This document shows, in pieces, positions 10,269 to 22,741 of a stretch of 64,000 nucleotides of DNA (positions within the stretch are counted from its first letter, which is position 1; every line of letters starts with the position of its first letter). A program made the position numbers and the translations under genes. The notes under the pieces were generated by a model. That model worked only from the letters and a program-made list of their open reading frames with translations. It was not told the origin of the DNA and made no database searches. The stretch covers positions 20,849,109 to 20,913,108 of the forward strand of contig CM082577.2 in NCBI GenBank assembly GCA_040954595.2, read 5' to 3'. This DNA is from Balanoglossus misakiensis. Lineage: Eukaryota; Animalia; Hemichordata.

Positions 10269-13200
10269 GTTGTTGTCTATAAAAAGGTTGACCGATTCTG
10301 TTTCTGCCAGTGACATACCTGTCCGATTCTGTTTCGTTGTTCCCATCCAGATACAAGCAATAAAAAGCCAATGTATATGATATTTGAAATATCCAGAACA
10401 CGAGATAGAAACGGATAATATCATACATCACTCCTTGTAGACTGATCAGCGTCGGTCCAATTAACCCGCTCATTTGCAAATAAGGAAGTACTGCCAAGCA
10501 AGACGACAGCACCGTGAAACTGCACAAACATCGCTGCAATGTTATTAATATCGCTTGTGTAGCCGGGTCTAATGAAAACACGGCTGTAACCGCGAAGAGC
10601 GAGAACTGCGTCAGAAACATAACGCACAAGACTGCATTTTGCACGCCGAAGGACGGTGACGTCACACTTCGGCCCATGATGGTCCTGATGTCGGAGAGTA
10701 CCGATACCAGCAATCCGAACACGTACAACGACAGTATAGCGGAAGCTACATAAACCTCCACCGGCTTCTCATCTAGCAAGGATTGGTCTGGTAACGAGAT
10801 GACTATGAACCACAGGTACAACGCAGTGAACGCTAAATGAGCCATCACGGACATCATACATCTGTTCCCAGCGTTCTTCAGGCCTTTGGCGAAACGACTC
10901 GACGGGAACAAGAGGTAGACGAGCGCCACTATTGGTAGAAGGATTCCAAACGCGACAAACACCAAGATTGAGAAGACGATTGGCGAATCCTTTTTGAAGG
11001 TCTTTGATTGGCCCTCAAAAAACCACATCAGAATCAGTTGCTGCTGGCACCTGGAATCACCAACGAACTGTGGGAAAACAAAATAACATAACAGTGGGCA
11101 GGTTCAAATATTGCAAAATGCTCAGTCTTTGGCCAAGGTATAGCAGATCAAACAAATATATAATGCGACTTCTTAATTTAGAATTTAGTGCCGATAAAAC
11201 TATGGTTCTGTAAAAACAAATAGAAAAAGATTACTGCTCGGGACTGACTTTTCAAAGTAGCATTTTGGGGGAGGAATCATACCTTCTTCGCATTATTCTT
11301 GATGGCCAAATCCAAAACGGGCGAATATGAAGACGATGCGAACGGATGGCGTACTTTGTCTCGTCCATGAAGGAGAGTCACTATGTCATTTGAAGTCTCT
11401 GCAATTCTACATTTGCCCATGAGATCCACAGCAAAATCTTCCAATTTGTCTATCATTTCATCAATTTCAGTCTATGCCAAAAGAAAAGGAAAAGCAAACA
11501 TCATTTGTGCAAAAATAATGACTGTATGTATGTATGTATGTATGTATGTATGTATGTATGTATGTATGTATGTATGTATGTATGTATGTATGTATGTATG
11601 TATGTATGTATGTATGTATGTATGTATGTATGTATGTATGTATGTATGTATGTATGTATGTATGTATGTATGTATGTATGTATGTATGTGTGTATGTATG
11701 TATGTATTATGTATGTATGTATGTATGTATGTATGTATGTATGTATGTATGTATGTATGTATGTATGTATGTATGTATGTATGTATGTATGTATGTATGT
11801 ATGTATGTATGTATGTATGTATGTATGTATGTATGTATGTATGTATGTATGTATGTATGTATGTATGTATGTATGTATGTATGTATGTATGTATGTATGT
11901 GTGTGTCTCTGTCATGTGCGGACTCAATGCATTTGTAAACAATAACAATGGTCAGTACACATACACATGACTTGTCGACAATCAGAGAGCCGGGTGTGAT
12001 GGGTTACTATAGTGAGGGAAATGTTTTTGATACACAAAATAAAGACATTGAAAAACTAGTTACAGATAGTGGCCCTTTAACCAACCTTGTAACAGTACTT
12101 GATATAGCTGTCTTTGGCGAAGGTGTTGATTTCTCCGATTAACTTCAGTGCGCTTATCAATGGATCGACGTTTGTCAGCGTTATATATGACGGACTGCTG
12201 AGTGCATCGTACATATACAGGGTTTCCAGTTTTCTTCTAATGTGTGTCTCAGGATCTATAAGTTCGGGATTTTCATCTTGGAGAAAAAGCGCAACAAAAG
12301 CACATACTGTAATTGTCAAAGTTTATTAAAGTTCATGTCATTGTTTTCCTTTGGTGAATAGAGAAGAACTCGTCTTACAATTTGTGTTTCCATTCTTTCT
12401 TTCTTTCTTTCTTTCTTTAAAACCCCGTAAAGAACTGATCAAATAGAACTGTAAACTGTAACTGTAAAGGACCACGTTACAAATGTTACTTATCAGTGTA
12501 GACACTTGAATTCCCCACACCTAACAAATCACATCGGTACCTTAGTGTATGTCGTATATACATGTAGTAACATCGCTGAACGCAAAAGCAAGATCATATA
12601 TGATCTATGTTGACAATGTACTGGTAAATAATCTGATATGATGAGGAGGTTATAAAAATCTAATTGCATGCACCCACCATTTTATGAACAAAACCTAAGG
12701 AAACAAACAAACAAACAAACAAACAAGGAATGTATCAACTGAAGGGAAACCTGACGTCACACTGTTTCTGTCTGAAACCTACCCAATAGATCTTTGCTCA
12801 GGTGGCGGGCTCCATGGTCCAATAACAACTTTACCATCAGGAAGTGATCCTTGCGAGCAGCAAGTTGAAGAGCTGTACACGAAAGGTTGTTCATTTTGAA
12901 ATATTGGTTTACGTCTAAGTTTAGGTTTTCCTGGAGGGAAAAAAATATAATGTTGGAGACTCAAGAGTTATATTCAACCACACAACAGCCACACACTTGG
13001 TTTTTATTGAATTTAACCTAATTAACTCTTTAATTAAGGCCCACGTAGACCCATATTAAGTAATCTATGGATGGTATTTCTGATGTCATGTACAGAACTG
13101 AATGCACATACCGCGGAAACAGACGAGGCCAAGTGTGATGTTTCCCGCGTCTCGAGATCTATCCGTCGAATGAGCCGACAGAAAATAAAGTTGCTCATTA

Positions 13201-16200
13201 CGACATAGTAAACTGTCTCATTGAAATGATTACATTGCACTCATGTTTGGAGAGAAGAGACGATGAATCTATAATGAAGTTATTTGCATTTGAATAATGA
13301 ACTTGCCTTCTGACGATGAACCACCCTAGCTGGACGACAAAAAGATCTGAACGTAGCATGAACGTTTTATCTAGTTGACACTTTCCATTCATTTACTTGT
13401 TATAGCATATATAAATGTATTACATTATATTATCTCATGGTACCGTCCGCGATTCTGATTGGACTAGAGCTATGGTAAAATACTGTTTTACCACTGCTGG
13501 AAGTGGTAAAACGGGCCCCTGAACTAGCATGCAGCAGGGAAAATGTGCGGTTATACCACAGTCGCGAGGGATTAAACTAAATGATAAAACATAAAAACAC
13601 TTGAATTTACGGATGTTTTATTTTGGAACTGCTCTGCTCTGAATATTTTGCACTTTTGTCTCTTTTTGGCGTCTGCTTTATGTTTAATGCTCGATCCCGG
13701 GCCGCTCGAGTTTACATTCATCGTCGCCATGTTGGTTCACGATCGTAATTTCTCTTTCTGACGCCGTTTCGGTAAGAAAATGACACTGATTTGCCACAAA
13801 AAACAACTGTTGATATAATATAATAGCAATAACCCCCGCATCAGTCGGGTATACACTCGATTTGGGTACAATTCGCTCCATATAGCACTCGCCTAACGGC
13901 TCGTAATATATGTCTCGAATTGTACCAAAAACTCGTGTATACCCGCCTGCGGCGGGGGTTATTGCTTAATTATATTTCAATTGTAATAGAGAGTGCATTC
14001 CGAGAGTATTAAAGTACGAGGTCTCCTTCACTCCATTTTTGGTAGCAGAGCATGGTTGAAGACTGCAGATTTGGACAACACTAGTTTGGAAGAAGTCGCC
14101 AGAAGAAACGAAGAAACGAAGAGACGAAGATGGCAAGAGGTGGTTCAGCAGCAGTAGCAGAAGAAGAGCAGCTTCAGAGCGAAGTACGAGAAGTGGACAA
14201 GCCAGCAGAAGACGAAGCAGAACGGTTGGAGAAGCTGAAGCAGGGCAAAGCCAAGGCGAAAGCGGCTTTCACAAGAAATAGGCACCAGCTGCTGCAGTTA
14301 CTCGAAGAAGAATTGCCGAGTCGTCACCAGGTGAGAGAATTCCGTGAAAATCTCAACTTGGCACAGCAGAAGGCCATGGAAGTTATGACAATACTGTCAA
14401 ATACGTACTTTGATAGAAAGGACTTTAACAATGGCCAAAAAGTTGGACAACAAATGGACATACTTGAGGAACAATACGCAAATGTTCAGGAAAGAACGCA
14501 GGACTATCTTGATGCCAGAAAAGATGGTCCTTCGACTATAGGGACTGGCGTATCAAGAAAAAGTAAGAAAAACACAGAAAAAGAAGATGTGGACTCTAAT
14601 TTATCCGAGAAGATTACCAGATGTCATTTAGAAGAAATGCAAGCTCGACAGTATGCCCAGCATGTAAGAGAAGAGGTACAAGAGGGAAGAAGAAATTGTG
14701 TATCACAGAAAACAGCTTCAAGATGAATATGCTCGTCGTCAAAGAGAATTTGATGAAGAGTTGCAAAGAGACCTTGAGCGTGTAAGCGCTGCAGAACAAA
14801 ACGTACAGAAAAAACATCAAGTCCTTGAAGACGAGATTGAAGTTGAACTGGGTCTACAGCCACCGCAACGGCAAAGGTCGGTACAAAGTATCACAGCTAT
14901 TGGCAATACTATATCTGCAAATCCGCCACCTGCCTTTTGTGCCGTAACTACTGTTGTTACGGGCGCGGTCGTCCTCCTTCGGACGCTTCTGTGGGGAATC
15001 AGCCACGTCCGAAGGGTGACGGCGTACATTCTCTCCATCTCCTTCTCCACCCAACATATTCATAAAGTCCGAGAGAGGTACCCGGCAGATCGTAAACCTT
15101 TCGTAGACAGAGACTTGCAACAAGTTTTCCGAGTAACACAAAGTTCTGGTTTATTACTGGTCACACGTAAGAATTACACGACTCGATCCATGCTCGTTGA
15201 CTCCCATCACGGATCTCCCGTTATAAACGTGTGATCCCAAATTTCACCACACCTTATTAATACGTTAGTCAAGTATTAAGTCATAAAAAGAACACGTCAT
15301 CTTAATATTTCTTAAACATGAACTTAGCGCGTGATATCTCTATCTCCTTCTGACATGTATCAATTACACAATCTTGTTTACTCTGGGTCAAGTACCTATG
15401 TCAATACTGGACTAAAACCATACAAGTGAATGACTTCTTACTTAATCATAAACAAGATCTATGATCGTTAAAACTCAATCGTGACACTTCCCACTTTTCC
15501 AATAATCGAACTTCCACGTTCGATCAAAGAAAGAATGAAAACGAAAACCAGGTCTGCGCTATCGGTTTTAGATACACTACGTCAAAATCAAACTCAATAA
15601 TCACCTTTAAAATATCACAGCCTGTTCAAACAAATTGAAGAAAATCGCATAAAACGTTTTCAATGTCAAAATTCAAAACGACTTCACTGTTCTGACTTCT
15701 CGTCAAAGAGTGTCTCTTTTCCAGTGCAAAATTCAACAGTCAATAACCGCGTAAAAAAATCAAGTCTGATAGTTCTTTCGTACAAACATAATACACTTCA
15801 TCATACTGTCTCGTTCAAAAATAACCACGACAATGGAAACGAATTCTTATGTGAAAGGATGCGTAAGACTACAATAAAATCACGCTTAACTTCAACTACA
15901 CTCTGGGACTTCTCTCTTGTCCCTCGTATGAACTCACATACCAACTCAAAGGGCCATTTTCATACGCCAGACCGTCTCCCTTGCGGTCATAAAAACATCA
16001 CGACTTCATCACCAGACCGTCTCTCTTGCGGTCATCACAAAAACTTCAACAACTCCTCAAAAACCTATTAAACTTCACTACACTTCACGGCATCACTTCA
16101 ACAAAAGAATACACAATTACAATGTCGAAAACAAGGCAAAAACTTGGTGGAAAACAATATCAAATCAAAAGCGGTTAAATAACGGTCAGTCAACTCACGT

Positions 16201-19200
16201 CTACTAACTCACGTCATCAGAGTAGACAAAGAAAATACGATCACGCAATATTTCAATGATCAAATCTCCCAAACTATAGATTAAAAAGGCTGATTATTCA
16301 GTTCAACCTCTGATCAAACAACAGATCCATCGTTGAAAACCCGTCCACGCATTCCATGCAGTCAACAGTCAGCACCAACCTTTTTTCTGTTCTCGTTTCC
16401 TTCTCAAGCAGACCATTGAATCGTCAGTTTCGCCAGCTTTTTCTCTTCTTACTTCTTCTCGGTTCAGGAATCAGTTGCAACATCTCTGCCTACCCGGATT
16501 CTAACACCATGTGTTATTACGGCCGGTCGTCCGTCCTTCGGACGCTCACCTCCTTCGGACGCTTCTGCGGGGAATCAGCCACGTCCGAAGGGTGACGGCG
16601 TACATTCTCTCCATCTCCTTCTCCACCCAACATATTCATAAAGTCCGAGAGAGGTACCCGGCAGATCGTAAACCTTTCGTAGACAGAGACTTGCAACAAG
16701 TTTTCCGAGTAACACAAAGTTCTGGTTTATTACTGGTCACACGTAAGAATTACACGACTCGATCCATGCTCGTTGACTCCCATCACGGATCTCCCGTTAT
16801 AAACGTGTGATCCCAAATTTCACCACACCTTATTAATACGTTAGTCAAGTATTAAGTCATAAAAAGAACACGTCATCTTAATATTTCTTAAACATGAACT
16901 TAGCGCGTGATATCTCTATCTCCTTCTGACATGTATCAATTACACAATCTTGTTTACTCTGGGTCAAGTACCTATGTCAATACTGGACTAAAACCATACA
17001 AGTGAATGACTTCTTACTTAATCATAAACAAGATCTATGATCGTTAAAACTCAATCGTGACACTACAAACCCTGTTGAAAATGTACACAACCAGTCATCA
17101 TCTTCACAAGCAATCGGACATGATCTGTGGAAACAGTTGCAGCGAGTGTCGATTCCTGTGTTTACTGGCGATAATCGGACATACGAAAATTGGAAGGCTG
17201 CCTTTACTGCTTGTATTGATCAAGCTCCCGCTACTGCCGAGTACAAGCTGTTACAATTGCGCCAATGCTTGTCCGGTGAAGCCCTTAAAGTGATAGAAAG
17301 CCTCGGACACTCTACGAAGCTGCCAAGGACAGATTGAATCGGAAGTACGGAGGTAAGAGTCGCCAGATTGCACTTCAAATGGAAGAACTTGAGAACTTTA
17401 GGCCAATTCGTTCAGGTTACCCAAGAGACGTTGAGAAGTTTGCTGATCTGTTAGACATTTCCGTCATCAATTTGAAAGAAGCTGGTCGACATGATGAACT
17501 AGGTCACGGATCATTGTATGTCAAATTACAGAAGAAGATGACAAGGACAATGTTAGCACAGTATCACCGTTGGTTGTATGAGTAAAGAAAGGACGAATCT
17601 GTTGAAGTCCTGAGGGAATGGATAAACCAAGAGGCAGAATTTCAGACTATTGCCTATGAAACTGTCGAAGGCGTTAGAGACAAAGTCGGTGTCAGTGAGT
17701 ACAAGAAAGTAAACTCTGCCAGAACAATTTTTGCACACACTGAAGAGTCGTATGCTAATAACAAGCCTAGAGATGGACGCAGACGATGCAAGTTTTGCAG
17801 TGATCTTCATGGTGTGTGGAAATGCGGTGAATTCAAGAAGATGGATGCTGTCAAAAGGTGGGACTTTGCGAAGAGAACGAGACTGTGTTACCGTTGTTTG
17901 GGGGACGATCACCAAGGTAAAATGTGTCCTCGAACTAGAATATGTGGAATAAATGGTTGCAGAGACACTCACAATAGACTTTTGCACAGAAATGACATTC
18001 GGGTCAGACCTACAGGTACAACTACCAGAGATGATAAATCCTATAGCTGTGGAAAAAAGAAAACGTCAACCATCCCCAAGGAATACAGAGGAGCAATTTC
18101 CAGCAGTACGACTTCGTCCCTCACGGAGGAGGAGCATCGACGGAAACCAGACCAGGTATCCACAACAATGATGTCAAACACACCGACCAAATCTAGGTTT
18201 ACTACCCTACGCACTGTTCCAGTAATCCTAAAGAATGGCAGACGAAGAATCAAAGTAAATGCACTACTAGATGATGCCAGTACGAAGACGTACATCAACG
18301 CTAATATTGCAGCTAAACTCGGGTTGCAAGGTGAGCCAGAAAGAGTTGCAGTGAATGTATTGAACGGACAAAATAGAGACTTTTGAGACAATGCCAGTAG
18401 AAATCGGACTTGAAAGTTTGAACGGAAGCCTCGATATGAATGTCACAGCATTCACTACGGACAAAGTCACGGGCGATATGCAAATACGAGACTGGAGCAA
18501 GCATGCTGGAAGATGGGAGCATTTACAAGGTATTGACTTTCCAAAGTTTGGTCCTCATCCTACAATCGATATGCTCATTGGTATTGACTACTCTGATCTT
18601 CACTACTCATTCAAAGACGTCAGAGGGCTACCTGGTGAGCCAATAGCTAGACTGACTCCATTGGGATGGACTTGCATTGGCAACATTCCAGGTGAGAGTC
18701 ACCAGACCAACTTTGCCCATACGTATTTTGTTAAGCAGTCAACAGAACTGACTATGCCAGAAAATCGATCGCACACCAATACAACCCTGGTCACATCTGA
18801 AGCAGACAAGGGCTTGTCTTGGCGACTTAACCTTGAGCGTTTCTCATCGTGGCAGAGGCCGAAAAGAATCGCAGCCTGGGTGAATCGTTTCCTGGAATAC
18901 CAAAACGTCAGAGAATGAAGAATGAACAGGAGATCGAACTTTATCTACTTTATAATGGCTGTCATATTCGCCAACAGTGTTAGCACAAATTCCGTCAGAA
19001 GACAAAGCCTACAAGGTGGACCTCAGTGAAAGCAACGCCCAGACGAAGACGCTTGTTGTATCAAATGAAGATGTCTTCACATTTCGACGGAGCCCTCTAG
19101 ACGGATTTGTCTTACTAAATTTAACTTCCTGAAGAAGATTGCTACAGTTTGACCAACGTGGTATGTTGGCTCCGTATATTATTCGAGTGATAATCGTTCA

Positions 19201-20804
19201 AGAAATGTGGACTGCTGGACCGGATTGGGATGTTACTCCTGACATAACTATAGAAGTAAGGGGCAACACGTGGTTCTCCGAGTTGAATGACCTGACCAAA
19301 ATCAGCAAGTTGAGCAGACGACACCCCATTAACGCCAAATCACTTTCTGCATGGGACACTTTTGGCACCGCTGGATAAAAGAGTGGCTACCCGGTTTAAA
19401 CACAAGGAACCCGGAACTTTGCGTGGTAATTGGCCAATGGGTAGGATTGTTCGTGTACGGCCGGAAAAGGATGGACATGTGCGCTTGGTAGATGTACAAC
19501 TGGGATTAAGCATATTGACTCGTCCTGTATTACAAAAATGTACTTTAGAATTTGATCTTAAATGATTACAATAGGAACTCTTATTTATCTGAATTTCAAT
19601 TGTTTGACATAAAGACCTTTTGTTGTTTCGATATGCTAGTAGCACATCGAGGAGGAGGAGTATGGAGAGAAGAGACGATGAATCTGTAATGACGTTATTT
19701 GCATTTGAATAATGAACTTGCCTTCTGACGATGAACCCCCCTAGCTGGACGACAAAAAGATCTGAACGTAGCATGAACGTTTTATCTAGTTGACACTATT
19801 CATTCATTTACTTGTTATGGCATATATAAATGTAATATATTTCAATTGTAATAGAGAGTGCATTCCGAGAGTATTAAAGTACGAGGTCTCCTTCACTCCA
19901 ATGTTTGCAAACTGATGCCTCCTACAAACAGCAGACCCTGTACACCGACCTATGCGATCTCCTTTTCCGTTGGAATTCTGATTTGATACGGTCCCACAAA
20001 TACATGTGCACCCTCAGTAAAGTAATTGCCAATATTTAAGTTTTCTATTGAGAGTGTATTATAATTATTTAGAATGGAATTATATATATATGCTTATTGG
20101 TTTCTGCCTTCATATGGAGCCGCGTCATTAAGTCTCAATAAACATATCTTCGTTCGATTAGCGAATAATGAACGTTTCTACGGTTGGTGACAGCTTGACA
20201 ACAATATAACAGGGTTACTTTTGTGAAAATATCATTTGATGGAACATGTGATTGTCACTTCTCTCTGCTTGTGTAGCTGTCCAATATATTCCTGGGCATT
20301 TGTCATATTTACAGCAGCTAATAGGTTTCGCCTTAAGCAAACGCCGACGATAGGCTAAACCGAATTATTCACAACTAATAGACGTTTGATACGTGTCTGG
20401 TACAAAACCAATCTTACGCTCATATTGAACGGGTATCACACAGATCGAATAAATCAAATCGTGGCAAATTGAGATAACATTAAATATTAATATTTAATTT
20501 TGAGAAAGATTTATTAAGTTTTATTAAAATCCGAAAGGTGAAGACTTGATGTTGCGGAACGTTTGACAGTAATGTTACCACGAGTGACGCCATACCGCAC
20601 TCTCCCGAGCGTACACACGCCTGTTCTGTAAAACACGGCGTTGAAAACGTTAAGTGAACCGCTTACCTTCAGTAACTCCTCGACTTTATCGAGATCACCT
20701 TCGTTTACCGCATCGAAGAACACGTCGCCAGAATCACGAACTACTCTTTGGCCGACATCCATAACATCGACACCCAAAGCCAGCCGTATCTTTTCTTGCG
20801 CCAT
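8137..20804 (-). CDS. Divergent TRPC-like (canonical TRP) cation channel, multi-exon, about 650-670 aa
   Basis: Phase-consistent GT-AG exons are 20804-20667, 12930-12783 (ankyrin TALQLAARKDHFLMVKLLLDHGA), 12276-12086 (YDALSSPSYI…DPL), 11471-11283 (LDLAIKNNAKK), 11067-10319 (FVGDSRCQQQL…IGPTLISLQ), 10146-9879 (pore LLWTLFG, S6 LLNIFIAMLSNTY), 9377-9231 (TRP box EWRFSY, LPPPYNIL), 8707-8670 and 8196-8137 (stop). One small exon between 9231 and 8707 is needed for phase and is unresolved. Upstream exons may exist. Confidence 0.88.
8420..8483. mobile_element. 64-bp hairpin MITE with TAG…CTA-type TIRs and a 10-bp TSD (AcademH-like)
   Basis: The inverted pair is TAATCTCGGTTACCCGGACTCCTCT … AGAGGAGTCTGGGTAACCGAGACTA, flanked on both sides by TGGTAATTAT (8410-8419 and 8484-8493). 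Confidence 0.8.
10200..10268. repeat. (TCA)n microsatellite in a TRPC-like intron
   Basis: Pure trinucleotide run. Confidence 0.99.
11523..11900. repeat. (TATG)n microsatellite in a TRPC-like intron
   Basis: About 375 bp of tetranucleotide repeat with two interruptions near 11690-11710. Confidence 0.99.
13420..13970. mobile_element. About 550-bp non-autonomous insertion with a long terminal hairpin (Crypton-like) inside the BEL 5' LTR
   Basis: The segment is absent from the 3' LTR. It contains an imperfect palindrome at 13825-13966 (AGCAATAACCCCCGC…GCGGGGGTTATTGCT). The family call is from resemblance only, and the boundaries are approximate. Confidence 0.65.
14040..14057 (+). promoter_or_regulatory. 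Primer-binding site complementary to the initiator tRNA-Met 3' end
   Basis: TGGTAGCAGAGCATGGTT matches the expected TGGTAGCAGAGGATGGTT at 17/18 positions, 4 nt after the 5' LTR. Confidence 0.85.
14952..17062 (-). mobile_element. Non-autonomous LTR retrotransposon (TRIM/LARD-like, 2.1 kb) nested in BEL gag
   Basis: Direct repeats at 14952-15486 and 16512-17062 read TGTCAC…AACA on the minus strand. There is a 4-bp TSD CTAC (14948-14951 and 17063-17066), a PBS-like TGGTGTTAGAA, a PPT GGAAAAGTGGGAAG and about 1 kb of non-coding interior. Confidence 0.88.
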
Positions 20805-22741
20805 TCGGAAAGTCGGTGGACAGGAAATCTGACAAACGAAGACCGGGGTCCGGGAAACGAAAATGAATCGCTGACCTCACTTGCGTATTTACATATCAAA
20901 AGTCGACGTCATAAAAATTATGATGACCTCATATGCGGACACTTTAAGGTTCCATTTTAGGAAACAAACCCTTACAAAGATAAAACATATACTGACCGTG
21001 AACCCCTCATTATGTAGGCAAATATTGGAAAACGTGCATATTGGCAAAGTCAGAAATGTATCATTCATTGTCAGTGGGCATGTGATTAGAACTTCGAAAC
21101 CCTTTTTAAAATGTGAATTTTGTCCTATGTAGGGGATACAACCTACCAGAAATCATGGGTGTCATCGTTGATATAACAGAAATTTCAGACACAATTCTTG
21201 CAGTGTTTTATACGGTACGAGAGAAAACCTGTCAGGGGTACTTTTCCAGGGTCTATACAGACTTAGTTATTATGTGACCCTTGAGTAAACATGTAGCTGT
21301 ATTTATGAACATTCCAGCTTCCAAAAAGATATTAATCATAGTGTTTGCTCGCTGATACCGAATGTAAACGAACACCTCATATGAAAAAGGAGCTTCTTTT
21401 TTCCTACCATGGAACGGGTTTTCGTGTTACATGTATGTCAAAGAATTGCTAAGTACCGTGGTGAAACTCCACATATACCAAAGTGTAAGAGTGTTTATTT
21501 GTAATGTGTGCGGCGCCACAAACACGGTTTCAGACGGTATTGGAAAGATAACCACGTGATATCGTTAACATTTGTCCTTCGTAGCAAAAGTCAACCCGCA
21601 TGTAAAACGTCGACGTTTATTACTGTTATCATATTTGAAATTTACATAGTAATGTTCTGAAGTGCATTACTGTACATTTCCGATGCAGCACTTCTTTCGA
21701 AATGTACAAAGTATGGAAATGTGAACTTAAGAAGGATTCCGGGTAATGGTGGATAGTCGTCTGCACTAAGCCAATTTGCGGAAGAGCGCAGTGAGTCGTG
21801 GACCTGGAAAAAGGACCAAATGGTCTTGCTAAAGCCACAAGAATTGTGTTTCATTTTTTCGAGTCGCAAGTGTTCACTGACAATCGAGTTCACCCGGCAT
21901 ATAGGTCACTGTTTAAAGTGTTTTAGTTTTCAAACCGCCATGAAGCGGCTTTGCGGGAAAACCATACGGCGCATTTATTTATTGACACCGAAGTACTGTG
22001 TCGTTTAGCAAATTGTTTCTTATCCTTATTGAGGAAACTATTTACCCGAACATTCATGTCCCCCTTCCGCTCTTGGCCAAAATTTTCAAAAGTGGCAATC
22101 TATATTGCCTTACATTGCAAACAATGTACAATCTCACTATGTGACACGTTCTGACGTTTGCTTGTGTGTGATGGCAACACCATCTAAATTTAAATCTACA
22201 TATCGCCAGATTAAGGTACAGTAACCACTGCTTACATTCAGTCCGCCTGCCTTGTAAATTGATACCCGCTCATATTGTTTTGGTTTTGCGCATTGAAAAT
22301 TGTGTTGAGTCATCCATGGTAAACTGCGATGAAGCCACGGAAAGGAAAGGAAATAAACTTTTTCAGAAACACGTTCCTTAATTAAACAATTTGCTACAGA
22401 AAGATTTATAAGTTTCTGTTTTGATAAATCTTCAAAGATTCCGAATATGAAAAATCCAAAATGAATGAGCGGTTGTTAAATTATGTAAGGCCGTAAGGAA
22501 GGTTAATTTCAGATATAACATATCAAGGGCTGTGTCATGGTTTTTTACAGACACGTCCTGTTCCGTCTGTATTCTGTACAATATACGCTTATTCATGATT
22601 TGCTCCTTTAGATGGTCGATTTAATGTCAAGTTATGTCAACTATCACCGTACCTTGTGGAATTGGCTTCATCATTACTATCCATATACGCTTGTAGAGAA
22701 TAATAATGTCAGTGCATAGGACAATATAACAACACTAAATA

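Larger units (their letters stand above)
13248..19900 (+). mobile_element. BEL/Pao LTR retrotransposon, internally deleted and decayed, within a TRPC-like intron
   Basis: The LTRs at 13248-14035 (interrupted) and 19663-19900 run TGGAG…CTCCA, with a 5-bp TSD ATGTT (13243-13247 and 19901-19905). A PBS and a PPT (GAGGAGGAGGAG) are present. Coding remnants include gag with BEL knuckles (CYRCLGDDHQGKMC, CGINGCRDTHNRLLH), protease (ALLDDASTKTYI), a Pao RNaseH-region remnant (QEMWTAGPDWD) and the C-terminal RGNWPMGRIVRVRPEKDGHVRLVDV. Confidence 0.93.

Noticed and set aside
11383-11970. CMYV/HTYI-repeat ORFs (likewise the CV/HT ORFs at 3625-3972 and poly-S/D at 10182-10424)
   Set aside because: They are translations of microsatellites.
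14952-17062. The 550-bp direct repeat as an assembly duplication
   Set aside because: TG…CA ends, a PPT, a PBS-like site and a 4-bp TSD show it is an LTR pair.
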